From Poseidonia sp. (GTDB taxonomy: Archaea > Thermoplasmatota > Poseidoniia > Poseidoniales > Poseidoniaceae): a stretch of DNA of 64,000 bases. The DNA lies in NCBI GenBank assembly GCA_049627345.1, contig JBMZXF010000005.1, positions 2,514 through 66,513 of the forward strand. The letters are read 5' to 3'. The notes under the pieces are model-generated. The model ran no database searches. It was not told where the DNA came from and saw only the letters and a list, made by a program, of their open reading frames with translations. This document shows positions 32,761 through 41,444 of this stretch, piece by piece. The position numbers and the translations under genes are program-made. The stretch's first letter is position 1; each line of letters begins with the position of its first letter.

Positions 32761-34133
32761 GCGGCGGAGAAGCGGACGTGAAAAACAGCATCTGGATGCG
32801 CGCCGTGCTGTACGGCGGCGTGTTCCTTGCCGTTGGTATCCTCGCCTTTGCCACCATGGGCGTGGGCGTGGCCAACGTCAAGCACCACGAATACGAGGAC
32901 GCCATCGAAAAATACGAGGAAGCGAAGTACGCTTACGAGGACGCCAAGGCCAACAATGCCAGCGATGAGGAGATCAAAGCGCTCAAGGCCGCCAAGGAAG
33001 AGGCGCACCACCACGAAGTGGACGCACACCTCTCCTACCTGACGTGGCGAACGGCGGGCATCACCATCTTGCTGATGTGCATCACCTACATGGCGTTCAT
33101 CGGCCTTGGTGGCTTCATGAATTCGATTTATCCGGACGACCACGGTCATGACGACCACGGCTACGGCGGCGACGACCACGAGCATCACGGCTCAGGTTCA
33201 CCCATCGTGTTCTCGCTGGGTGTTCTGCTGTTCCTGATGGGCTTCCCCTCGTTCCAGGCCGTCCTTGGCAACCTGCTCTCCGGCGTGGACGCCAACCTCG
33301 GTGATCTGGGCCTCAGCATGCTTGGATTGACCGTCATCACGGCCGGTGTGGCCAACTGGTGGCGAGAAGACCTGCCCTTCATCGGCAACCACGAGCAAAT
33401 CGCCACCTCGGACCCCTTCAAAGGCCAGCACATCCGCAAGGCCGGTATCTGGGTGTTCATCATGTCCGAAGTGATGGTCTTCGCCACCTTCTTCTCGTCC
33501 TACCTCCGCATGCGAACCGAATGGTGCACGGACTGGCAGTACTCCGCTCAAAACTGCGAATCGGTCAACGTGTTGACCGCTTCTGACTTCCTCCGACCAA
33601 ACGGTGGTATGCTCAACGGCGTGGGCGGTCAAGGCGACTTCATGACCATTCTGCCCGGTGCCATCAACACCTTCGCCCTCATCATCTCGTCCTACACCAT
33701 CGTGCTGGCGCTCAAGACGGCCAAGCAGAAGGATTGGACGGCCCCCGAAGGCCTCATGGGCAAGTTGATGCCCGACCAGAAATCGGCGGTCCGCAACTAC
33801 CTGTTGGCCACCTTCTTGCTCGGTTCGATGTTTATCGTGCTCAAGCTCGTTGAGTGGAGCCACCTGGTGGCAGAAGGCTTCTCCATCGGTGTTCAGCCTG
33901 CTGAAGGCGTGATTGACTACACGGGCCAGGCAGCGTCCATCTTCTACATCTCGACCGGCGCTCACGGTGTTCACGTGTTCGTTGGTTTGTTGGTGATGCT
34001 GTACCTGATCTTCAAGGCTGACACCGTCGGCTACGACGAAAAGAACGCACAGGGCATCGAGTACTTCGGCCTTTACTGGCACTTTGTTGACTTGGCATGG
34101 GTGGTTATCTTCCCAGCCTTCTATCTGTATTGA
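32757..34133 (+). CDS. coxC: Cytochrome c oxidase subunit III with ~220-aa N-terminal membrane extension
   Basis: The C-terminal part is typical (IWVFIMSEVMVFATFFSSYL...GAHGVHVFVGL...YWHFVDLAWVVIFPAFYLY). The extension has TM helices and His-rich loops. The ATG overlaps the coxA stop (ATGA). Confidence 0.9.
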   Translation: MSGGEADVKNSIWMRAVLYGGVFLAVGILAFATMGVGVANVKHHEYEDAIEKYEEAKYAYEDAKANNASDEEIKALKAAKEEAHHHEVDAHLSYLTWRTAGITILLMCITYMAFIGLGGFMNSIYPDDHGHDDHGYGGDDHEHHGSGSPIVFSLGVLLFLMGFPSFQAVLGNLLSGVDANLGDLGLSMLGLTVITAGVANWWREDLPFIGNHEQIATSDPFKGQHIRKAGIWVFIMSEVMVFATFFSSYLRMRTEWCTDWQYSAQNCESVNVLTASDFLRPNGGMLNGVGGQGDFMTILPGAINTFALIISSYTIVLALKTAKQKDWTAPEGLMGKLMPDQKSAVRNYLLATFLLGSMFIVLKLVEWSHLVAEGFSIGVQPAEGVIDYTGQAASIFYISTGAHGVHVFVGLLVMLYLIFKADTVGYDEKNAQGIEYFGLYWHFVDLAWVVIFPAFYLY

Positions 34134-34142
34134 GGTGAGACT

Positions 34143-34538
34143 ATGGGAGAACATGAAACAACTGGAATCTTTGAATCGATCGTTGACAAGTTGCCCGGCA
34201 ACTTTGACATCTACTTCTGGAACTTCGTCGTGCTGATGTTTTTCACGCTGTTTGAAGTGGCTGCCGTATTCTTTGAGAAAATCCCCGGCACCGACATCCA
34301 CATCACGCTCTCCGCGGTGTGGGCCATCCTCATCGGCGTGGGTGTCATCAAAGGCTACGGCATTGCCGCCTACTTCATGCACTTGAAAGGCGACCCACGC
34401 ATCTACACCCGAACCGCTCTGTTCCCGGTGCTGTTCGTCCTGTTGATGCTCTGGGGCATCGGTTTGTCCAACCCTGGCTCCGTCCAAGCACTCCCAGAAT
34501 GGTGCACGCCCAACTGGGACTTCGCCATGGAACGCTGA
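34143..34538 (+). CDS. Cytochrome oxidase small subunit IV (prokaryotic COX4_pro-like)
   Basis: 131 aa with three TM helices. IKGYGIAAYFMHLKGDP matches the ...YFMHL... box. Sits directly after coxC. Confidence 0.7.
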   Translation: MGEHETTGIFESIVDKLPGNFDIYFWNFVVLMFFTLFEVAAVFFEKIPGTDIHITLSAVWAILIGVGVIKGYGIAAYFMHLKGDPRIYTRTALFPVLFVLLMLWGIGLSNPGSVQALPEWCTPNWDFAMER

Positions 34539-34547
34539 GGCAGCTGC

Positions 34548-36071
34548 ATGCGCCCGAAAAGCATCCTTGCTGTTCTGCTCGTCACCTTGGTGCTCTCTGG
34601 AACCGCCACGGCCTACAAGGGAAAGCAACTCGCTCGAGAAGCGATTGACATCGCACCCCTTACCGACCAGAACGGTGAGCAGTATGCCCTGACCACGGAC
34701 ACCAACGGCGTGGTGGTGGTCTCGTTCATCTTCACCCGTTGCCCTGACGTATGCCCCATCCTGACACAATCGCTCATCGCCGTTGAGGCCTCGCTGACCG
34801 ATGAAGAGCGAAAGGACGTGACCTTCGTTTCCATCACCGTGGATCCGAACCATGACACGCCCGAGGTGCTCAAAGAATACAGCGAGCGCATGGGCGCGAC
34901 GTGGCCGCACCTGACGGGAAGCATGGAGGAACTCGAAGAGGTCTGGGCCACCTTCGCTGTCGTCGTTCAACAGAACGTCATTGACATGCACGTGGCTGAC
35001 TACCAGCCCGGCGAGGCATCGGTGACCGTTGTGGACGCCAACAACAACAGCTCCCAACACATGTTCGCTTGGTCGGGATGGACCGCGACCAACCTGATGG
35101 CTGAAGAAGCGAACTGGACCCTCAACACCTCGGTGAGCGATTGGGGGCGCATGCTTCACGGCATCAACGGCGTCGATTCGCCCTCAGACTGGTCATGGTA
35201 CTGGGAACTCAACCTGTGGAACAATACCAACGCCACCTGGGAAGCCTCCGGTGTCGGCATGGACGATCTCGACGCCAACGAACACCGACATTTGGCGTGG
35301 ATGCCGTCCACGAGTAACCGCTCTGATCTCCCTCAACCCAACGCCAGCCAAGCCTCCAGCGTGAGCGTCCTCTGGCCCAACGGAACCACAGCGCAACAGG
35401 GAATTGACACGTTCAACGCCTACCACATCACCGAAGGTGCGCTGACCGCCGCATCGGTCAACCGCAGCATCGAGGATTCATCCTACGGCCACTACTTGAC
35501 CAGCCTTGCCGACCATGAGGCCCCAGAGGATTACAGTTGGTGGTGGAACCTCTACGCTTGGAATACCGGGGAAACGGGGTGGGAATCCTCCAACCTTGGC
35601 ATGGACGACTTCGTCGAACCGCACCACATCGCTTGGGCCCCCTCCTACGTCAACGCCTCCACCATTCCTTCACCCGTCGCCGGTGAAAGCAACGACGAAA
35701 CCGCCTGTGACGGACACGGTTGGGAAATGGGCAGCGGTGCCTCGAAGCATTGCATGTGCGACGAGGGCTACACCTGGGCGGAAGGTGATCAACTCAGTTG
35801 TGTCTCGGAAACCACGGAAGATTACAACGTGGGCCATTCCACCATCACCTACATCCTCAACGACGATCTGGAACCCACCGTCGCATGGACCGGCGACAAC
35901 TGGCGCGTTGAGGATTTCACGGCTGACGTTCGAGCGTTGTTGGAAAAAGAACAACTCGGTGGAAACACGACCGAAGTGGTGCCTTTCCTCCCGCTGACCA
36001 TGACGCTTGGATCCCTCATCATGGCGGTCGTGACGGTTCGCTTCGCTCGCTGCCCAACCAACGAAGGTTAG
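34548..36071 (+). CDS. SCO1/SenC copper chaperone fused to Trp-rich repeats, an EGF-like Cys module and a C-terminal TM
   Basis: VVVVSFIFTRCPDVCPILT (the CxxxC of SCO1), VSITVDPNHDTPEVLKEY, GATWPHLTG. Then two copies of D(W/Y)SW(Y/W)W(E/N)L..WN......WE.S..GMDD......H.AW.PS. Then CDGHGWEMGSGASKHCMCDEGYTWAEGDQLSC and a TM LPLTMTLGSLIMAVVTV. Confidence 0.85.
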   Translation: MRPKSILAVLLVTLVLSGTATAYKGKQLAREAIDIAPLTDQNGEQYALTTDTNGVVVVSFIFTRCPDVCPILTQSLIAVEASLTDEERKDVTFVSITVDPNHDTPEVLKEYSERMGATWPHLTGSMEELEEVWATFAVVVQQNVIDMHVADYQPGEASVTVVDANNNSSQHMFAWSGWTATNLMAEEANWTLNTSVSDWGRMLHGINGVDSPSDWSWYWELNLWNNTNATWEASGVGMDDLDANEHRHLAWMPSTSNRSDLPQPNASQASSVSVLWPNGTTAQQGIDTFNAYHITEGALTAASVNRSIEDSSYGHYLTSLADHEAPEDYSWWWNLYAWNTGETGWESSNLGMDDFVEPHHIAWAPSYVNASTIPSPVAGESNDETACDGHGWEMGSGASKHCMCDEGYTWAEGDQLSCVSETTEDYNVGHSTITYILNDDLEPTVAWTGDNWRVEDFTADVRALLEKEQLGGNTTEVVPFLPLTMTLGSLIMAVVTVRFARCPTNEG

Positions 36072-36112
36072 GGGCGAAAGAAGAAAAAGCGAGGCGCTAC
36101 CCGCAACACGAA

Positions 36113-36198
36113 GCAGTCGTCGCATAGCCTGGTATTGCGCCGGATTTGAAATCCGGTGTCCCCGTGACTCGGGAGTTCAAATCTCTCCGACTGCGCCA
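36113..36198 (+). tRNA. tRNA-Ser (anticodon UGA), class II with long variable arm, CCA encoded
   Basis: Folded by hand, 86 nt. Acceptor GCAGTCG/CGACTGC; D-arm GCAT-AGCCTGGTA-TTGC; anticodon stem CCGGA/TCCGG with loop TTTGAAA; 14-nt variable arm (GTC-CCCGT-GAC); T-arm GGGAG-TTCAAAT-CTCTC; discriminator G followed by CCA. Confidence 0.9.
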
Positions 36199-36258
36199 TT
36201 TCCCCACATTGCCTTTTGCAGGGAAGACTTCTCAAACTCCACCCGCCCTCATCGTGCC

Positions 36259-37749
36259 ATGCGCAGAGCCGTGCTCGCCTTTTGCCTCATCGCCAGCATG
36301 GCCTTGGCCGGTTGCCTCGGACCTTCAACGGCCAGCTGGGGAAGCGGAGCTGGAACCGTTGACGTCGATTTCTCCATGGAGGGTACGACGGTGAAAACGA
36401 CCCTCGCAGGCGACGCTCGCACGATCACTGACCTCCAGCCGGTGGGGTGCACGCCCGGCTCCGACGGTGGAACCCTTGCCGCCGGACAGGGCGAGCCGAT
36501 CACCTTCACCGGGTACTTGGCCTCCAGCCAGTTCTACGATTCACACGACACCATCATGGGTGCAAAGGGCCTTGAGTTGGGCGTCACCACGGCCGTGGCC
36601 ATTCAATCGATGTCGTTCGACCAAGCTGCCGCCGTGGTCGACGGCGATGGCGCCCGTATCGATGTCAAGCAGTGGTCGCTGCCGCTTCAGCCAGAAACCG
36701 GTGCCGGCAGCGTCGACCTTGACGAAGTGGATTCAGAGTCGGACACCGACTGGTTCATCCTCGGTCTCATTCCCATGTCCGAACACATCCTCGATGGCAT
36801 GACGGCCCTCAACGAGTGGCATCAACCCGTGGTGGTCCACGGCTACTTGGTCGCCGCTGGTAATTCAAGCAACAACCAGTACGGCTACCAGGCCACGTGG
36901 CACAAAGCCGACAACGGGTGTGCCATGACCGTTGGCACCAACAACCGAGAGGATGCCTTGGTCTTCGTCAGCAAAATCACGTTGGACGGCGCCACGGTGT
37001 CCTCCAGCGGTGAGGCTGATGACGAGTGGGTTCAGGGCGACGTGCCCTTCCTCGGTCGTGGCGGTTTCATCATGTTCTTCCTGGTTGTTGGCCTGGGTGG
37101 CTCAGCCGGCTTGTTCATCGTGTCGAACCAGATGATGATGAAATCAGCCAAGCAATCCATGGCCAACCTGATTGGCGACGAGGGCATGAAAAAGGCAGCC
37201 AGCGTGAAATCCGACGCCAAAGCAGCCAAGAAAGCAGGGATGGAATCACCGGAGGAGCGCCAGCAACGCATGGACAAGGAGCGAAAAACCGCTGAAAAAG
37301 AAGCGGCCAAGCAGCGCGGCCCTCCGAAGAAAGAAGAGAAGAAGGAGCAGAGCGGCGATGCGCTCGGTGGGTTCGACCTCGACAGCGTCCTGGCATCCAC
37401 CTCAACCGGTACATCTGGGCCTGGTGGTTCGGCCCCAGGCGGGCGAAAGAGTTCCGTCGTGGCCACCGATGCTGCGAAAGAAATGGATCGCATGAGCACG
37501 CAAGAGCCCTCAACCTCTTCGCTCCCCGCCTCCATCGGCCAGGCGCGACGAAGTGCCCCGCCCAGCATGTCAAACGTGGGTGAAGCGGCTGCTGCCCCAG
37601 AACCGAGCAAGAAGCCCCCCGTGCGCCGCCGAAAGGCCGTCAAGAAGACCAAGCCCGCTGCTGCGAGCGAGCCCGAACCGGCGTACGAAGCGCCTGCGCC
37701 TGCACCTGCGTACGAAGAGGAAGAAGAGTTTTCAGACTTCTCCTTCTAA
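36259..37749 (+). CDS. Membrane-anchored surface protein with lipobox-like signal and Lys/Glu/Pro-rich cytoplasmic tail
   Basis: MRRAVLAFCLIASMALAGCLG (L-A-G-C lipobox-like), a ~260-aa ectodomain, the TM GGFIMFFLVVGLGGSAGLFIV, then a charged low-complexity tail (KKAASVKSDAKAAKKAG...KKEEKKEQ...PPVRRRKAVKKTKPAA). Confidence 0.7.
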   Translation: MRRAVLAFCLIASMALAGCLGPSTASWGSGAGTVDVDFSMEGTTVKTTLAGDARTITDLQPVGCTPGSDGGTLAAGQGEPITFTGYLASSQFYDSHDTIMGAKGLELGVTTAVAIQSMSFDQAAAVVDGDGARIDVKQWSLPLQPETGAGSVDLDEVDSESDTDWFILGLIPMSEHILDGMTALNEWHQPVVVHGYLVAAGNSSNNQYGYQATWHKADNGCAMTVGTNNREDALVFVSKITLDGATVSSSGEADDEWVQGDVPFLGRGGFIMFFLVVGLGGSAGLFIVSNQMMMKSAKQSMANLIGDEGMKKAASVKSDAKAAKKAGMESPEERQQRMDKERKTAEKEAAKQRGPPKKEEKKEQSGDALGGFDLDSVLASTSTGTSGPGGSAPGGRKSSVVATDAAKEMDRMSTQEPSTSSLPASIGQARRSAPPSMSNVGEAAAAPEPSKKPPVRRRKAVKKTKPAAASEPEPAYEAPAPAPAYEEEEEFSDFSF

Positions 37750-37766
37750 TACATCATGAATGAGAA

Positions 37767-38825
37767 TTATGCAGGGCGCATAATTTTGACGGCGTGCTCC
37801 AACACTTCCATGCGAAGCGGTGTGGAACCGATGTTTTCGCCATCGATGTTGATGGCCGTGGGTTGCTCGGTCTCGATGGACAACGTCCTGAACCGGTGGT
37901 AGTCAACCCGAGGATGATACACGTGCCTGCCTTCGCTCTTGAGCATGCCAAAGGCCTTGAGCACGTCCCTTCGGGTCATTTTCTTCAAAATCCCGATGTC
38001 CATTTGCCCGTCATCCATCGAAGCCCCCGGTGCAAGCGGGAGCAGTGAGCCTCCTGTTTGGCTGTTTTGAACCAAGAACAACGTGAAATCATCGGTGATG
38101 GTACGGTCATCCAGTCGCAAGGTCGCCGTACGACGTTTTGCTGCAAGGATGGCCAAGACGATGCCGACGTCGTACCGAATCGGCCCCATCCACCGCATCT
38201 TCTCCGCCTGAATGGTCGAATCAACGCCAAGCCCCCATGTCACCAAATTGTGAGAGTACCGGACCATGGGCTCACCGGTTGAGCCCGGCAAGCCTTCCGT
38301 CAGTTCAACACGGGCCAGGTCAAGCAATTGGCACCGTCCACCCAACATGGCCTCGACGGCATCCTCGGTCGAGGAGAGGCCGAGATCGTTCGCTTGGGAA
38401 TTCCCCGTTCCAGCTGGTATGATCGCGAAGGTTTCGCATCGGTCGGTGCCCACCTGCATGCGCCCGGTGATGACTTCTGAGAGTGATCCGTCACCGCCGA
38501 CGACGGCCACCACCTCGTCAGTCCCTACGTCCAATTCCGCAGCCAGAGCGACCAAATGCCCGCTGTAAGCGGAATAGGAAGCTGAAATGTCCACCCCTGC
38601 TTGCTTCACCTGGTCGATGACTTGGGTTGCTACGGCACGCCCTCGTTTCTTGCCTGCAAAGGGATTGACCAACAAGTGAACCTTCGCAGGCTTGGTGGAG
38701 GTCGTCCCCTCGAGGGTGAAGACATCGGCAAAACGAGGGCGGTGGACACCCTTCCTCTTTTTTGAGGAGGTATCGGGTGCGAATTCAATCGGGTCCCCGA
38801 GGCCCGTCTCAGCGGTGTTCGCCAT
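37767..38825 (-). CDS. Diacylglycerol-kinase-catalytic-domain lipid kinase (YegS/BmrU/LCB5 family)
   Basis: VHLLVNPFAGKKRG, VVAVVGGDGSLSEV (GGDG box), FAIIPAGTGNSQANDLG. Confidence 0.85.
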   Translation of the reverse strand: MANTAETGLGDPIEFAPDTSSKKRKGVHRPRFADVFTLEGTTSTKPAKVHLLVNPFAGKKRGRAVATQVIDQVKQAGVDISASYSAYSGHLVALAAELDVGTDEVVAVVGGDGSLSEVITGRMQVGTDRCETFAIIPAGTGNSQANDLGLSSTEDAVEAMLGGRCQLLDLARVELTEGLPGSTGEPMVRYSHNLVTWGLGVDSTIQAEKMRWMGPIRYDVGIVLAILAAKRRTATLRLDDRTITDDFTLFLVQNSQTGGSLLPLAPGASMDDGQMDIGILKKMTRRDVLKAFGMLKSEGRHVYHPRVDYHRFRTLSIETEQPTAINIDGENIGSTPLRMEVLEHAVKIMRPA

Positions 38826-38893
38826 ACCGATTCTACCCCTGAGCGGGCCTTTGAAGCCTTCTCAACAACGGGTTTTTGTCGTTTATTCGCCTT

Positions 38894-38913
38894 CAATAAT
38901 TTATTATTCATTA
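38894..38913. promoter_or_regulatory. AT-rich block in the divergent lipid-kinase/ribD spacer (candidate TATA elements)
   Basis: CAATAATTTATTATTCATTA is by far the most AT-rich stretch in the 150-bp spacer between divergent starts at 38825 and 38976. Confidence 0.3.
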
Positions 38914-38975
38914 CGCATACTTTTGCCCCATCGCGCCCGTTTGATGCCGGGGCCGATGCAAGCAGTCATGAACGA

Positions 38976-40028
38976 GTGGAGGGTGGGCCAAGCGTGAGCG
39001 CTGATTGGAGCGACAACGACCGCGTGTTCATGGAGCACGCGCTGCTGGTGGCTGAACGCGGCCGCGGCAAGGTCAGCCCGAACCCCCTGGTGGGGTGTGT
39101 GCTCGTCAAGGACAACGTGGTCATCGCTGAAGGATGGCACGACCATCTGGGTGGATTGCACGCCGAACAAATGGCCATTCACGATGCAGAGGAAAAGGGG
39201 CATTCTCCCAACGGCTCGACGGCCTACGTGACCTTGGAGCCGTGCAACCATTTCGGGCGAACACCCCCCTGCACGGAAGCGCTCATGTGGGCCGGTGTCA
39301 GCGAGGTCGTCATCGCGCACCACGACCCCAACCCTACCGTGCGAGGCAACGGATGCAGGGTGCTCGAAGAGGCCGGCATCCCAACCCGTGTCGGCCTGAT
39401 GGAATCGGATGCACACGAACAGATGCGGGCCTTCATGCACTGGTGCGAGCACCGTCGTCCGCTCATCACGGTCAAACTGGCGCTCGATGCCAACGGTTCG
39501 GTGGACGACCGTTCGGAGGCAGCCCAACGGTTCACCTCTCGTGGCTGCCTCGAGAAGGTCCACGAATTGCGACGTGATTGTGACGCCGTGTTGGTCGGTG
39601 TGGAAACCGTCAACCGCGACGATCCTCAACTCACCGTTCGCCTCGTCCCTGCCCCGCGCCAGCCGCTGCGCGTGGTCATCGACCCGCAACGACGCATCAA
39701 TCCAAAGGCGACCTTGCTTCACGACGGTGCCGAGACGTTGTTGATGCAGGAAGAATTCACCAGCCTTCCCTCCCTGCTCCATCAACTCGCAGACAGGGAC
39801 ATCCAGCGCGTCTTGGTGGAAGGCGGCCCTGCAACCGTTCATCGGTTCCTCGAAGCTGGTTTGGTGGACGAGGTGTTCTTGGTCCACAGCACTGCCGTCC
39901 ACCAATCACCCATTCCTTCCAACCTTGATGGCCAGGTGCTGGCCAACGCTGGCCTCTCCATGCACGAAGAACTCGTGTGGGGTGAAGAGCGAGTGGAGCA
40001 CTACCTCAGGAACGTCAACGCAGCGTGA
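38976..40028 (+). CDS. ribD: Bifunctional riboflavin biosynthesis protein RibD (pyrimidine deaminase + reductase)
   Basis: FMEHALLVAERGRGKVSPNPLVGCVLV, LHAEQMAI, VTLEPCNHFGRTPPCTEAL (CDA zinc site), then a reductase half (ITVKLALDANG...VLVEGGPATV). GTG start at 38976 or 38994. Confidence 0.9.
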   Translation: MEGGPSVSADWSDNDRVFMEHALLVAERGRGKVSPNPLVGCVLVKDNVVIAEGWHDHLGGLHAEQMAIHDAEEKGHSPNGSTAYVTLEPCNHFGRTPPCTEALMWAGVSEVVIAHHDPNPTVRGNGCRVLEEAGIPTRVGLMESDAHEQMRAFMHWCEHRRPLITVKLALDANGSVDDRSEAAQRFTSRGCLEKVHELRRDCDAVLVGVETVNRDDPQLTVRLVPAPRQPLRVVIDPQRRINPKATLLHDGAETLLMQEEFTSLPSLLHQLADRDIQRVLVEGGPATVHRFLEAGLVDEVFLVHSTAVHQSPIPSNLDGQVLANAGLSMHEELVWGEERVEHYLRNVNAA

Positions 40029-40830
40029 GGATGTCGTCCCAGCGGTGGGAAGAGCCCTTTCGAAACAACCCCTCGTGGAAGGCGCGTTGGTGCATGTGAA
40101 CGCAACGGGAAAGGCGGCCACGGTGGTTGTAGCAGCCCTGTCGGGTGTGGACGACCACCAACAATTCATCCAACGAAACCGGCGGCCCGGTCGGTTCAGG
40201 CATGGGGAGCGAAACGCGTTCGGTTGTGCCGTCCCATTCCACGTCCGACGTTGACGGAGGTTGAAGCGTTGGGTTGTGTTCGAAGCGAACCGTTCCCTCT
40301 CCCAGTTTCACCGGGCGCCACGTCGAGCGAACCCCGTTGTCCAACCATTCTCGGATGCGCTTGAGTTGTTCTTTCGAGGCCATCCCCACATGGCTCATCT
40401 CCCACCAGCCAGGGGTTCGCGCCAGGGTGACGTGATGAACACCGGGATAGGCATCTCGAGGATCCAAGCCATCAGCCCACGTACGGCAAATGCCCTCAAG
40501 TCGAACGGGAATCAACGGCAGCGGCCCCATGTTCATCTCTTGAAGGCGGTAAGGGTTCGCCAGTTCACCTTGAAGCAAGATGGGTCGGCGCTCACGCAAC
40601 GACGGCGCCCCTGCCTGCTGCAGCAGTTCGTCGAGCGTCCCGTTGCCCGTGCCGTACGAGCCAAGGTAGGCCCGCAGGGCCTCGCCCTCAAGCGGTTGCT
40701 CCGTCATCGCCCCGGTGAACCGGTCGAGCCGGAGAACCGCCTCCTTGGTGAACAGGACAGGATGCTCCGGAAGCGGCAGAGGTGAGTTGTTCGAGGCGTA
40801 GGGCCATTGCCTTGGGGATCCCTCGTGCAT
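40015..40830 (-). CDS. Hypothetical protein, 271 aa
   Basis: ATG start and protein-like composition, 38 nt downstream of the Zn-ribbon gene on the same strand. No family recognised. Confidence 0.6.
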   Translation of the reverse strand: MHEGSPRQWPYASNNSPLPLPEHPVLFTKEAVLRLDRFTGAMTEQPLEGEALRAYLGSYGTGNGTLDELLQQAGAPSLRERRPILLQGELANPYRLQEMNMGPLPLIPVRLEGICRTWADGLDPRDAYPGVHHVTLARTPGWWEMSHVGMASKEQLKRIREWLDNGVRSTWRPVKLGEGTVRFEHNPTLQPPSTSDVEWDGTTERVSLPMPEPTGPPVSLDELLVVVHTRQGCYNHRGRLSRCVHMHQRAFHEGLFRKGSSHRWDDILTLR

Positions 40831-40868
40831 GAGGGTGGCTGTTCAAGGCCCGTACATGAACCTCGCTT

Positions 40869-41303
40869 TCAGTGCGTGTAGGTGGTCTCGAACATGCAGG
40901 CTGGACAGGTGACCTTGATGGGACGAATGTCAGGAATGCCCAGTGCAACGCCGCAAGCAGAACAGAGGATGGCTTGGTTGACCTGTTCACGACGCTGTGT
41001 TGCCTCCCTCGACGGGTCGTATTCGAAATGAAGGCGTTGCTTGTCCACATACGTAGGTGCTGTGGGGGCAACGGCCTGCTCCAAACCGGGCAGATGTTTG
41101 TGGGTGGTGTCCCACGACCCGGGCGCAGGTGCTGGCGGAGTTTGGGTGGTTGGGGCGTTTCCAAGGTTGGCCATGGCCGCTTGAAGGGTGGCTTCGTCGA
41201 CGCCGTAGGCTTTGCACAATCGGTCAAGTTCCAACAATTGGTCGTAGCCTGTCATCGCTTTGACAGCACGTAACTCATGCTCGGGAACCGGTGCCATGGG
41301 CAT
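40869..41303 (-). CDS. Hypothetical protein with C-terminal Zn-ribbon
   Basis: A helical N-terminal domain, a Pro-rich linker (TTQTPPAPAPG), and C-terminal CSACGVALGIPDIRPIKVTCPAC (CxxC...CxxC). Confidence 0.6.
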   Translation of the reverse strand: MPMAPVPEHELRAVKAMTGYDQLLELDRLCKAYGVDEATLQAAMANLGNAPTTQTPPAPAPGSWDTTHKHLPGLEQAVAPTAPTYVDKQRLHFEYDPSREATQRREQVNQAILCSACGVALGIPDIRPIKVTCPACMFETTYTH

Positions 41304-41444
41304 CCGTCACGCCTGCTGGAATTTATTTCTTGAGGGTCACGGTATCGTCTGCGCCTCCAACCACATTTTCCGGATTCAAGAAATCATAGGGGGTTTTTCG
41401 GAAGGGTTCAAAAGAGGTCGGCTGACGGGGCCGGTTGAGTCATC

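Noticed and set aside
33198-35159. A 653-aa minus-strand ORF
   Set aside because: It runs antisense across three independently recognisable genes (coxC, subunit IV, SCO1). Its H/G/V/E/D-rich composition marks it as a high-GC artefact.
38826-38975. An FMN riboswitch upstream of ribD
   Set aside because: The spacer is short and AT-rich, without the conserved GC-rich multi-stem FMN aptamer core. It is more simply a pair of divergent TATA promoters.
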